Origin: an archaeon
Lineage (GTDB): Archaea; Micrarchaeota; Micrarchaeia; CAILAH01
DNA: 58,878 bases
Direction of reading: 5' to 3'
Assembly (NCBI GenBank): GCA_024274875.1
Contig: JAJSAH010000012.1
Coordinates: forward strand, 1-58,878
Every line of letters begins with the position of its first letter. Position 1 is the stretch's first letter. The translations under genes and the position numbers were made by a program. Positions 1 to 8,040 of the stretch are shown here, one piece after another. The notes below the pieces were generated by a model that did no database searches, had not been told where the DNA came from, and was given only the letters and a program-made list of their open reading frames with translations.

Positions 1-215
1 GCTGCCGCATTCATTATGTTTCTGCGCCAGCCTTGCAAATCAAAGATTTGCCACTCTCGCTTTGCTTCGCAAACCTCGATCCCGGCTGCCGCATTCATTA
101 TGTTTCTGCGCCAGCCTTGCAAATCAAAGATTTGCCACTCTCGCTTTGCTTCGCAAACCTCGATCCCGGCTGCCGCATTCATTATGTTTCTGCGCCAGCC
201 TTGCAAATCAAAGAT
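1..215. repeat. Perfect 84-bp direct tandem repeat: two full copies (1-84, 85-168) plus a 47-nt partial third copy (169-215). Copy number is unknown because the window edge cuts the array.
   Basis: Units 1-84 and 85-168 are identical by eye, and 169-215 matches the first 47 nt. Each unit holds a 7-bp stem with a 3-nt loop, gcaaatc-aaa-gatttgc. The array overlaps the last two codons and the stop of the aminotransferase gene. Confidence 0.9.
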
Positions 216-1461
216 AATGTTTTATGCCAAGCCGTTCTATAATCCATCTCTTGTCATCAAAATATTTCCTGATAACGCTTATCTTTGGAGATATATGCAT
301 GTAAGAGCTTATGCTGGTGTTTGTCCCCTCATAATGCTCCATCTCTTTGCTCAGCGAATGTTTAAACTCATCGCCCAACCTATTCAACTCATCAAGCCTG
401 CTTTCATCAATCCAATCGCTGAGATACGTAAAGAAGCTTCCGTATGATGCATCGCCCATGCTGATTTTAGCATACTCCTGCTTAAGTTTAGCAAATATGT
501 GGTTTTTACCGCCCTCCTTTGTCTCCATGTAATCAACAACTGAGTAATTGCTGTCAACTCTAACTACTTTTTTTATTGGGACCAAGCCCGCTGCGTTGCC
601 AGTGAAGAATAATGCATCGGCTGATTCAACATCACTGTAAGCGAATGTTCCAAACTTAGTTTTTAGCCCTAATTCCTCAGCAATCAAGAACGCAATCCTA
701 TAAGTTATCCCTGGCAGAGCGCCTTCGCTTACTGGAGGAGTTATGAGCTCATTATCCTTTATCATAACTATGTTCTCGCCCGTCCCCTCAGTTATATTGC
801 CTTTAGGATTGTTGAAGATTGCCTCATCGCATTGTATATCATTGTTCGCATTGTATGATTTTAGGGCTGAACGCGCATGCATGGATAACTGATAATTGCT
901 CGATGCTTTCACAGTTGGAAATGCAAGCTCGCGCGGGCGCGGAAACAGCATTACGCAAGCGCCATCTGGGTCTCGGGGCGCAATATACTCGCCCATGGGC
1001 ATCAAGCCAAGCATAAGCTCATAATCAAGACGCGCTCCCAACCCAATCGCATTATTCTTTGCAAAAACCAACGGACGCACATAAATGCGGTAATACTCTC
1101 CAAATTCATTAGAGATTTTCACATTCCTGTCTTCCATGGTAATACTCTTATTCCATTTATTAAGCGCGCAGATTGTAAATATGCTCTCGATTATTTGTTC
1201 ATCGCTATACAATTCCCAATCTATCTTCAAGCTCTTCATCCCATGCCTCATCCTCTCTAAGTTCAAATTAGGATGAAACAACCCTAACCGTATATCCGGT
1301 CCGTCTGGCACGCCAAGTATGCTCATACCTTCAAACAACGCGCTTGAGTAATGAAGCGAAGGGGATAATGGAGGTATGTATTGAGCTTGCACTAAGTTAT
1401 ACTTAGATATGCCAAAGGACATATAAAAATTATCCAAAACATCACGCGAAAGATCATTCAT
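208..1461 (-). CDS. Fold-type IV PLP aminotransferase (branched-chain amino acid aminotransferase-like), 417 aa
   Basis: Class IV aminotransferase-like motifs VKASSNYQLSMHA (Lys region), NITEGTGENI and LPGITYR. ATG at 1459-1461, TGA at 208-210. About 75 aa extend beyond the usual core at the C-terminus. Confidence 0.75.
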   Translation of the reverse strand: MNDLSRDVLDNFYMSFGISKYNLVQAQYIPPLSPSLHYSSALFEGMSILGVPDGPDIRLGLFHPNLNLERMRHGMKSLKIDWELYSDEQIIESIFTICALNKWNKSITMEDRNVKISNEFGEYYRIYVRPLVFAKNNAIGLGARLDYELMLGLMPMGEYIAPRDPDGACVMLFPRPRELAFPTVKASSNYQLSMHARSALKSYNANNDIQCDEAIFNNPKGNITEGTGENIVMIKDNELITPPVSEGALPGITYRIAFLIAEELGLKTKFGTFAYSDVESADALFFTGNAAGLVPIKKVVRVDSNYSVVDYMETKEGGKNHIFAKLKQEYAKISMGDASYGSFFTYLSDWIDESRLDELNRLGDEFKHSLSKEMEHYEGTNTSISSYMHISPKISVIRKYFDDKRWIIERLGIKHYL

Positions 1462-1491
1462 GATATAAAGTTTTCCGCAAATTTAAAAAAC

Positions 1492-2475
1492 ATGACATCA
1501 AAAAAAGGGAGAATCAATGCTCTTATACTGGGCGCTGCTGGGAGGGACTATCACAATTTCAACATGTTTTTCAAAAACAACCCGCATTATAGTGTTGTTG
1601 GATTTACGCATGCGCAACTTCCCATACAAACAAAATATTTTCCCAAAAAACTTGCAGGAAAGCTGTATAATAAGGATATTCCTATATATGATGAATCGCA
1701 GATGGAACAAATTATAAGAGATAAAGATGTTCATTTAGTATGCTTCTCATATTCAGACCTGAGCCATGAGCATGTTATGCATCTTGCATCGAGAGCAGTT
1801 GCGCAGGGCGCATCGTTCATGCTGCTTGGTCCAAAGGAAACTATGATTAAAAGCAATAAGAAAGTAGTTGCTGTATGCGCGGTTAGGACTGGAGCTGGCA
1901 AAAGCCCTGTGACAGAGCACATAAGCAAATTCCTTAAAAGCAAAGGGTTAAAAGTTGGAATCATTAGGCATCCTATGCCATACAAAAAAGACCTTGCAAA
2001 ACAAAATGTGCAGGTGTTTAAAACGCTGCAGGACCTTAAAAAGCATAACTGCACTATTGAAGAAAGAGAAGATTATGAAAGGCACTTAAAGAATGGGTTT
2101 GCAGTGTATGCAGGGATTGACTACAAAAAAGTGCTGAAAGAAGCCGAGAAATGCAACGATGTAATCATATGGGACGGGGGAAACAATGATTATCCATTCA
2201 TAGAACCTGATGTTATGATAACTGTTGCTGATGCTATGCGCGCGGGCGACGAAACTGAGTATTACCCTGGAGAAGTTAATTTCAGAACAGCAGATATCAT
2301 ACTTATCAATAAATGGGAGAATAGGAAGAAAGATGCCAAAAGCATTATGAATAATGCAAAAACAATGAACCGCAGCGCAAAAGTGATGAAGATAAGCATG
2401 GAATTTTGCGTTGATGCAAAGCTAAAAGGAAAAGTAATAGTAGTTGAAGATGGGCCTACTATTACACACGGCTGA
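1492..2475 (+). CDS. COG2403-family predicted GTPase / cyclic 2,3-diphosphoglycerate synthetase-like protein, N-terminal 327 codons ending at an in-frame TGA (2473-2475)
   Basis: P-loop-like VRTGAGKSPV, then WDGGNND and EDGPTITHG. The next ORF starts at the adjacent base in the same frame. The two pieces sum to about 435 aa, my recollection of the normal family length. Confidence 0.65.
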   Translation: MTSKKGRINALILGAAGRDYHNFNMFFKNNPHYSVVGFTHAQLPIQTKYFPKKLAGKLYNKDIPIYDESQMEQIIRDKDVHLVCFSYSDLSHEHVMHLASRAVAQGASFMLLGPKETMIKSNKKVVAVCAVRTGAGKSPVTEHISKFLKSKGLKVGIIRHPMPYKKDLAKQNVQVFKTLQDLKKHNCTIEEREDYERHLKNGFAVYAGIDYKKVLKEAEKCNDVIIWDGGNNDYPFIEPDVMITVADAMRAGDETEYYPGEVNFRTADIILINKWENRKKDAKSIMNNAKTMNRSAKVMKISMEFCVDAKLKGKVIVVEDGPTITHG

Positions 2476-2799
2476 ATGCCATATGGAATAGGGTACATTG
2501 CCGCGAAGGCGCATAATTGCAGGATTATAGATGCGCGAGCGCATGCAGTTGGCGCGTATAAAAAGCTGTATAAGGATTACAAGCACATTCAAAAAGTCAT
2601 TCCGGCGGTTGGATACACAAAAAAACAAATTCGAGATCTTAAGAGCACAATCATTCGGGCAAATCCAGACATGGTCGTGCTTGCAACACCAACAGATTTA
2701 ACTAAATTACTGTCCATAAAAGTGCCTATTGCAAGAGTAAAATACATGATGAAGCCAAATAAAAAATTTGAGAGGATACTATGGAAATTGATAAGTTGA
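2476..2799 (+). CDS. C-terminal 107 codons of the same COG2403-family gene (ATG immediately follows the TGA)
   Basis: Same frame as 1492-2475. Begins MPYGIGYIAAKAH and looks like a direct continuation of the domain. Its 3' end overlaps the gltX start by 19 nt. Confidence 0.6.
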   Translation: MPYGIGYIAAKAHNCRIIDARAHAVGAYKKLYKDYKHIQKVIPAVGYTKKQIRDLKSTIIRANPDMVVLATPTDLTKLLSIKVPIARVKYMMKPNKKFERILWKLIS

Positions 2800-4460
2800 T
2801 TCGAAAACATGCAATCAAAAATGCGCATGATTATGGAAAATCAAATTTCAAGAATGTAGTGGGAAAAATTGTTGGTGAGCATCCAGAAGTTAAGGAAAAT
2901 ATGAAGGAATTTATTGAGAAAGCTAAACAAATATGCGATGAAGTTAATCACATGAGCAGGGAAGATATTGAAAGCGAACTTTCAAAGTATGAATTTGCAT
3001 CAAAAACAGAAAAAGAGCGCGAATGGCTTGTTGAAGGCATAATCAAAGGGAAAGTTGTTACTAGATATTCGCCTGAACCTAATGGATATATGCACATAGG
3101 CCATGCAAAAACTGTGTTCATAAATGAGGCGATCTCAAAAAAATACGAAGGAAAACAAATCCTTAAGTTCGATGACACTAATCCAAAAACCTGCAAGCAA
3201 GAGTTTGTTGATTCAATAATCAAAGATTGCGAATGGCTTGGAGTAGGTTTTGATAAAATCGTGCATGTTTCAGATATGCTTGATAAAATGCGTAAGTACT
3301 GCAAAAAACTCATTGAAGAAGAATGCGCCTATGTATGCACATGTGATGCAGATTCGATAAAGAAAAATCGCTTAAAGGGAGTTGAGTGCGCATGCAGAAG
3401 CCGTTCGGCAAATGAAAATCTTGAGATATGGCAAAAGATGAATGAAGATCTTGAAGAGGGAAAAGCAATCGTGAGGTTCAAAGGAGATATGCAATCCAAT
3501 AATACAGTTATGCGCGATCCCGCAATTTACAGAATAATTGATTCCGAACATTACAGGTTGGGGGACAAGTATCGCGTTTGGCCTACTTATGATTTTGAGA
3601 ACCCAATAAGCGATTCAGAATGCGGCGTAACGCATGTGCTGAGGTCTAAGGAGTTTGAACTGCGAGCCGAACTCCACAAAGCCATACTTAGAGCGCTTAA
3701 ACTGAAAGAGATTGCTTATTACGAATACGCAAGATTAGATTTGGATGGATATCCTGTAAGCAAGAGGCTCATACGCCCTCTCGTAGATAATGGGTTTTTT
3801 ACAGGATATGATGACCCACGCCTCGTTACAATTGCAGGGCTTAGGAGAAGAGGCATTCCAAGAGATGCAATAAAAACATTCACTCTATCCTTTGGATTAA
3901 GCAAACAAGAGATCAAAACAGATTTAAAAAAGCTTATTGCTGAGGCGCGGAAGCATTATGACCCAATTGCAAAAAGATATTTTGCAGTAAGAAACCCAAA
4001 AAAAATAATTGTGAAAGGAATGGGAAAAGGGAGCGTGAGCATAAGCCTGCATCCAAACAAAGATATCGGCTCGCGAAATGTAACTTTCTCCGAAAGCATA
4101 TACATAGATGAGAATGACTTATTGCTACTGAAACCCAGAACAATAATACGATTGAAAGATTTGAAAAATATTGAAATAATTGATAATGGAATGGCAAAAG
4201 TGGCTGAAGACCAATCAATCAATAGAGATATGAAAAAGATTCAATGGGTTGATGCGAATAATTACGCAAAATGCGCAATGTGGATTATAGATAGGCCATT
4301 CATAGATGGCAAGCCAAATGATGCTAGTTTGAGGGAAGTTGAGATTGCATGCGAAAAAGAATCTGAAAAAATCAAAGAAAAAGAAGTTGTGCAATTTGAG
4401 AGAATTGGATTTTGCATACTGGATGACAAAAAGAAGGGGAGATATATAAAAATTGATTAA
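2781..4460 (+). CDS. gltX: Glutamyl-tRNA synthetase, archaeal type
   Basis: Class I HIGH motif in YSPEPNGYMHIGHAKT, KMSKS-like VSKR, 559 aa. The overall pattern is archaeal/eukaryal GluRS. Confidence 0.9.
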   Translation: MEIDKLIRKHAIKNAHDYGKSNFKNVVGKIVGEHPEVKENMKEFIEKAKQICDEVNHMSREDIESELSKYEFASKTEKEREWLVEGIIKGKVVTRYSPEPNGYMHIGHAKTVFINEAISKKYEGKQILKFDDTNPKTCKQEFVDSIIKDCEWLGVGFDKIVHVSDMLDKMRKYCKKLIEEECAYVCTCDADSIKKNRLKGVECACRSRSANENLEIWQKMNEDLEEGKAIVRFKGDMQSNNTVMRDPAIYRIIDSEHYRLGDKYRVWPTYDFENPISDSECGVTHVLRSKEFELRAELHKAILRALKLKEIAYYEYARLDLDGYPVSKRLIRPLVDNGFFTGYDDPRLVTIAGLRRRGIPRDAIKTFTLSFGLSKQEIKTDLKKLIAEARKHYDPIAKRYFAVRNPKKIIVKGMGKGSVSISLHPNKDIGSRNVTFSESIYIDENDLLLLKPRTIIRLKDLKNIEIIDNGMAKVAEDQSINRDMKKIQWVDANNYAKCAMWIIDRPFIDGKPNDASLREVEIACEKESEKIKEKEVVQFERIGFCILDDKKKGRYIKID

Positions 4461-4464
4461 GTGA

Positions 4465-5133
4465 TTAAGCGCGCTTCTTTCTCATCAGGCTTTTTATCAT
4501 TATATCAAGAGATTTAACCAACTCCTTAACCTTGCCTCCTTTATTAGACTTGGATTTAAACGGACCCAGAAGAATTTTTTGAAGAACCGCGACCTCTTTA
4601 TTAATATTATTGCGTTTCTCATTAAGCGCTTTCCTAAGTTTTGCAACCTCCTTCGCGCGGGCAGGCCCCTCAACCTTTTGCTTATTAATGCGCTCCTTTA
4701 CAATTTTTTTATCCTTGAGCAAGCGCTTCTTCCTAGCAACCCTTTCCTGCGCCTCTGCAGATTCTCTGCTGGTGACTTTCATGCGCACTCTTTTTTTGCG
4801 TTCGCGGTCCTTCCTCCTCCACTCATCATCCCTGCGCTTCTCTGATGCATAACGCTCTGCTCTGCTCACCTCAAGAGTTTGCTTCGCTTCATATTTTTTA
4901 GATACCGTTCCCTGTTCATCTATTACGATATCCTTCTCCTGAACAGTGGTTTTTAAAGACGCTTCATAACTTTGCCGCAACGCGCCGGACTCCTCAGTTT
5001 TAATCTTAGGAGCAGTTATTTTGACTTCGCCAGAACCGAACTCTTTGCCGCGTTCAAACTGCTTCTCAATCGCTCTTCTTTTCCGCCGCTCTTTTTCCTC
5101 CTCTTCTTCTTTTTGCGTATAAGTTTGTGGCAT
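4465..5133 (-). CDS. Hypothetical highly charged Lys/Arg/Glu-rich protein, 222 aa, probably coiled-coil or disordered
   Basis: ATG start. The sequence is dominated by K, R and E runs (EEEEEKERRKRR, RRKDRERKKRVR, MRKKRA at the C-terminus). I recognise no family. Confidence 0.5.
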   Translation of the reverse strand: MPQTYTQKEEEEEKERRKRRAIEKQFERGKEFGSGEVKITAPKIKTEESGALRQSYEASLKTTVQEKDIVIDEQGTVSKKYEAKQTLEVSRAERYASEKRRDDEWRRKDRERKKRVRMKVTSRESAEAQERVARKKRLLKDKKIVKERINKQKVEGPARAKEVAKLRKALNEKRNNINKEVAVLQKILLGPFKSKSNKGGKVKELVKSLDIMIKSLMRKKRA

Positions 5134-5168
5134 TGATGAGTATTATGCGCTGTGCTTTAAAAATATTA

Positions 5169-5311
5169 TGCAGGGGGTGAGATTTGAACTCACGAAGGCG
5201 CTAAGCCACAGGATTTCTTATATCATCCCTAAGAACATTCTTAGGTCATTACTTAAGCGCCATAATCGGCTCTTAAGTCCTGCGCGTTTGACCGGACTCC
5301 GCCACCCCTGC
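5169..5311 (-). tRNA. tRNA-Leu (anticodon TAA) with an intron of about 57 nt at the canonical 37/38 position
   Basis: Reverse complement folds as acceptor GCAGGGG/CCCCTGC, 3-bp D stem, anticodon stem CAGGA/TCCTG, loop CTTAAGA, long variable arm, and T arm GTGAG-TTCAAAT-CTCAC. Discriminator is A. The arm lengths sum to 143 nt. Confidence 0.85.
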
Positions 5312-5368
5312 CGAAGGATGAGCGCTTGAGAAAAAATTAGCAACGGATTATTTAAAAAGATTGCAAGA

Positions 5369-6097
5369 TTATGCATACATTCTATCAGAAGCTCCCTTGT
5401 ATTGCTGCTCAACCTTCTTTGCTGCCTCAATCGATTCTCTTAGCTTTGATTCAATAACCATTGCCTCTTTCACAAGCTCAGTAGTATCTATCTTTATGCC
5501 AAGATATTCAGATAAGGACGATAGCACTAACGCCGCGCCAAAAGGGTCAACATAATCCTGCTTTGCCTCAGCAAGCAGCAGAACCACAGGAATCTTCTTT
5601 TCCATAGACGCTTTTATGAGCAGCATCGCATTAACCCCTGTGGTTGCGCCCTCCTTTATAGGAATCACATCAAGCTTTTCAAGCATCTTCAACTCTTTGG
5701 GGTCGGAGGAGATGCAGAACACCTCATCTTGCTTGCCTTTTATAGATATGCCCCCTAACGAAACAATCTTTCTTATCCCTTTCTTAACGCTCCATGGATA
5801 TAACAAATCAGCCACTCCATGAATGACTTTTACGGACATCACAAACTCCGACATGCCAAGCAAGATCTTATGCTTTTTTGATTCATAAATCCGCATCGGA
5901 GGCAGCGGTTTGCCGTTGTGTATCGCAGTTACAGGAGGGAACAACGGCGATTCAACATAACCAATTAACTCCATCCCTAACTTATCCACAAGAAAATTTG
6001 CGGCAATAGTCCCTACAAGCCCATACCCAGGAAACCCTTCAATAAATGTATAATCCTTAAACGACCTCTTATTATCAAACAATTTTAATTGTATCAT
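5369..6097 (-). CDS. PAC2-family proteasome assembly chaperone (PbaA/PbaB-like)
   Basis: N-terminal FIEGFPGYGLVGTIAANFLV signature of the PAC2/COG1938 family. The C-terminus ends M-Y-A, a hydrophobic-Tyr-X (HbYX) motif. Confidence 0.7.
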   Translation of the reverse strand: MIQLKLFDNKRSFKDYTFIEGFPGYGLVGTIAANFLVDKLGMELIGYVESPLFPPVTAIHNGKPLPPMRIYESKKHKILLGMSEFVMSVKVIHGVADLLYPWSVKKGIRKIVSLGGISIKGKQDEVFCISSDPKELKMLEKLDVIPIKEGATTGVNAMLLIKASMEKKIPVVLLLAEAKQDYVDPFGAALVLSSLSEYLGIKIDTTELVKEAMVIESKLRESIEAAKKVEQQYKGASDRMYA

Positions 6098-6133
6098 GAC
6101 ACGTAATACGCACTAAATTATAAAAATGTGGCA

Positions 6134-7438
6134 TTAAGGTTGAAGCCTATTATGATCTCTTGGATACAATACTGCCTCCCTAATATTACTCAACCCGCAG
6201 ATCTTCATGACCAATCGCTCAACTCCTATGCTCCAACCACTGTGCGGAGGCGCGCCCGACTTAAATGTCTTTATATAAAACTCGAAATCATTAGGATTCA
6301 GCCCCTGCTTCTTAATCTGTTTTGCAAGGAGATCCGGATCATGTATACGCTGAGCCCCAGATGAAATTTCTAACCCTCTGTAAATCAAATCGAACGCATT
6401 GCAAACTTCAACATTATCGCTGCTTGGCATCGAGTAAAACGCCCGAACATTTGTGGGCCACTTAGTTATGAAATATGCTTCAACATTTTTAAGCTCGCCA
6501 ATCATTCTTTCCTGTTTTCTGTTAAAGTCATCTCCCCACTCTATTTTCTCACCGTTATTGTTTAGCAAATCAACAAGCTCGGAATATGTATACCGAGGTA
6601 TTTCTGATGGCACGGAAACACTTGCACCCAACATATCCAACTCGCGCTTGTTTTTTTCAGAAACCTCCTTAATTATGCGCAAGAACACATCCGAAAGAAT
6701 GTTCATCGCCTCATCATCATCAGCAAAACCTACTTCAACATCCATTTGATATATCTCATTTAAATGAGTTGTGGTATTGTGCGGCTCCGCCCTGAAAACA
6801 GGTATCTGCATAAACACTTTATCCAATCCGCCAACCACAGCCATCTGCTTATACAACTGCGGGCTCTGCGCAAGAAACGCCTCCCTCTCAAAATAAACTA
6901 TCGGAAATAAATCAGCGCCGCCTTCAGTTGCCGCAGCAACAATTACGGTTGGGACAATCTCATCAAACCCCGCCCCAATCAAATGATCGCGGAACGCCTG
7001 CTGAACAGTTGCGCGCACTCTGAATATTGCCTGCACCTCAGGCCTGCGAAGATCGATATGCCTGTTATCTAATCTTACATCAAGCTCAGGCACTGCATCT
7101 CTATCAGTGATGTCAAAAGGCACTTTGCCATGCACCTTTCCAAGAATCTTAACTTCTTTTGGAATTATTTCTACGCCTGCCCTCGCCCCTTTACCCTTTG
7201 CAACAATGCCAACTATCTGCAATACAGTTTCTTTTGGGCTGGTCAGTGCGCTGATCACTTCCTCAGAAATCGACCCATCTTTCTTTGCAGTAATCTGCAT
7301 AATGCCTGTTTTATCGCGCAGCACAGCAAAACAAAATTTTTTTGAGTCGCGGACTTCATGCAGCCACCCTGCCAACATTACCTCTGCGCCATCATCCAAA
7401 TTAAACGCTTCGCTTATATAATGAGTGCGGAATTTCAT
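6134..7438 (-). CDS. aspS: Aspartyl-tRNA synthetase, archaeal/eukaryal type
   Basis: Class IIb motifs AQSPQLYKQ, FRAEPHNTTTHLNE and GWSIGVERL, with an N-terminal OB anticodon-binding domain. Start moved to the ATG at 7436-7438 (MKFRTHY). Confidence 0.85.
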   Translation of the reverse strand: MKFRTHYISEAFNLDDGAEVMLAGWLHEVRDSKKFCFAVLRDKTGIMQITAKKDGSISEEVISALTSPKETVLQIVGIVAKGKGARAGVEIIPKEVKILGKVHGKVPFDITDRDAVPELDVRLDNRHIDLRRPEVQAIFRVRATVQQAFRDHLIGAGFDEIVPTVIVAAATEGGADLFPIVYFEREAFLAQSPQLYKQMAVVGGLDKVFMQIPVFRAEPHNTTTHLNEIYQMDVEVGFADDDEAMNILSDVFLRIIKEVSEKNKRELDMLGASVSVPSEIPRYTYSELVDLLNNNGEKIEWGDDFNRKQERMIGELKNVEAYFITKWPTNVRAFYSMPSSDNVEVCNAFDLIYRGLEISSGAQRIHDPDLLAKQIKKQGLNPNDFEFYIKTFKSGAPPHSGWSIGVERLVMKICGLSNIREAVLYPRDHNRLQP

Positions 7439-7466
7439 CAGTAAAATAAACAAGGATAAATTAATA

Positions 7467-7928
7467 TTATTTAGAAAATTCTTTCAAACTTATTAGCGTT
7501 TCAGTTTTTACAACGCCGCCCACCCCTTGAATACGGTTCAGCAAGAGATTCTCAAGATGGCTTACATCTCGCGCTCTTATTGTAATCATAAGGTCTGCCT
7601 TGCCAGCAATCACATCAACTGATTCAACATAACGTATTTTCATAAGCTCGCGGGCGATATCATCTTGGGTTATTCCCATCTTAGAGAGGAGGGAAATGTC
7701 AGTGAATATTAAAACATGCGCCTTTATAGAATACCCTAATTTGCAATAATCCTTGGCTATAGTCCATTTCTTGATTATGCCTAATGATTCAAGCCTCCGT
7801 ATCCTATGATGCACAGTGGAAGCAGGGACGCCCAATTTTCTGGACATGACATGAATGCGCATCTTAGAGTTTTGTTCAAGAAATGAAAGTATATCTATGT
7901 CAAGGTCATCCAAAACATTCCTTTGCAT
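7467..7928 (-). CDS. Lrp/AsnC-family transcriptional regulator
   Basis: N-terminal HTH (LDDLDIDILSFLEQNSKMRIHVMSRKLGVPASTVHHRIRRLESLGII) followed by a RAM-type domain. Start set at the ATG at 7926-7928. Confidence 0.85.
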   Translation of the reverse strand: MQRNVLDDLDIDILSFLEQNSKMRIHVMSRKLGVPASTVHHRIRRLESLGIIKKWTIAKDYCKLGYSIKAHVLIFTDISLLSKMGITQDDIARELMKIRYVESVDVIAGKADLMITIRARDVSHLENLLLNRIQGVGGVVKTETLISLKEFSK

Positions 7929-8040
7929 ATTGTATATTTTACAAAAAAATAATATAAACTTTAACAAACTTATGAAAAATATACAATATATTTGAACAAA
8001 AATATATATTGCAACTTTTACTTAAGTGTTCAGTGATAAT
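7929..8040. promoter_or_regulatory. AT-rich divergent promoter region between the Lrp/AsnC gene and the asnA-like gene, with an 8-bp inverted repeat
   Basis: Several TATA-like tracts. Inverted repeat caatatat (7984-7991) / atatattg (8004-8011) with a 12-nt spacer. Confidence 0.3.

Noticed and set aside
1-215. CRISPR array or replication-origin ORB repeats
   Set aside because: The whole 84-nt unit repeats identically, so there are no unique spacers. No cas, orc1/cdc6 or AT-rich unwinding element is nearby. The repeats are direct and contiguous, not dispersed or inverted.
16-447. 143-aa plus-strand ORF with a 28-aa repeat translated from the tandem repeat
   Set aside because: Its 3' half is antisense to the well-supported aminotransferase gene. 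The repeat peptide is an automatic consequence of an 84-nt (3x28) unit being open in that frame. It is not accepted as a gene. The repeat itself is reported.
2473-2475. Genome-wide TGA reassignment (for example TGA=Gly or Trp) or selenocysteine
   Set aside because: TGA terminates many well-supported genes here, including several ATGA stop/start overlaps. I see no obvious SECIS-like hairpin immediately downstream. The aligned position is, from memory, Gly/Glu rather than Cys. The local anomaly is reported as a finding instead.
5134-5139. TGATGA motifs in other small gaps (5134-5139, 38089-38094) as further C/D sRNAs
   Set aside because: No CUGA D or D' boxes at the required spacing downstream on either strand, and the preceding base is not a purine.
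5195-5260. Box C/D sRNA encoded in the tRNA-Leu intron
   Set aside because: The intron has GGGATGATAT but no RUGAUGA match and no CUGA D box, so it does not fit a C/D sRNA.
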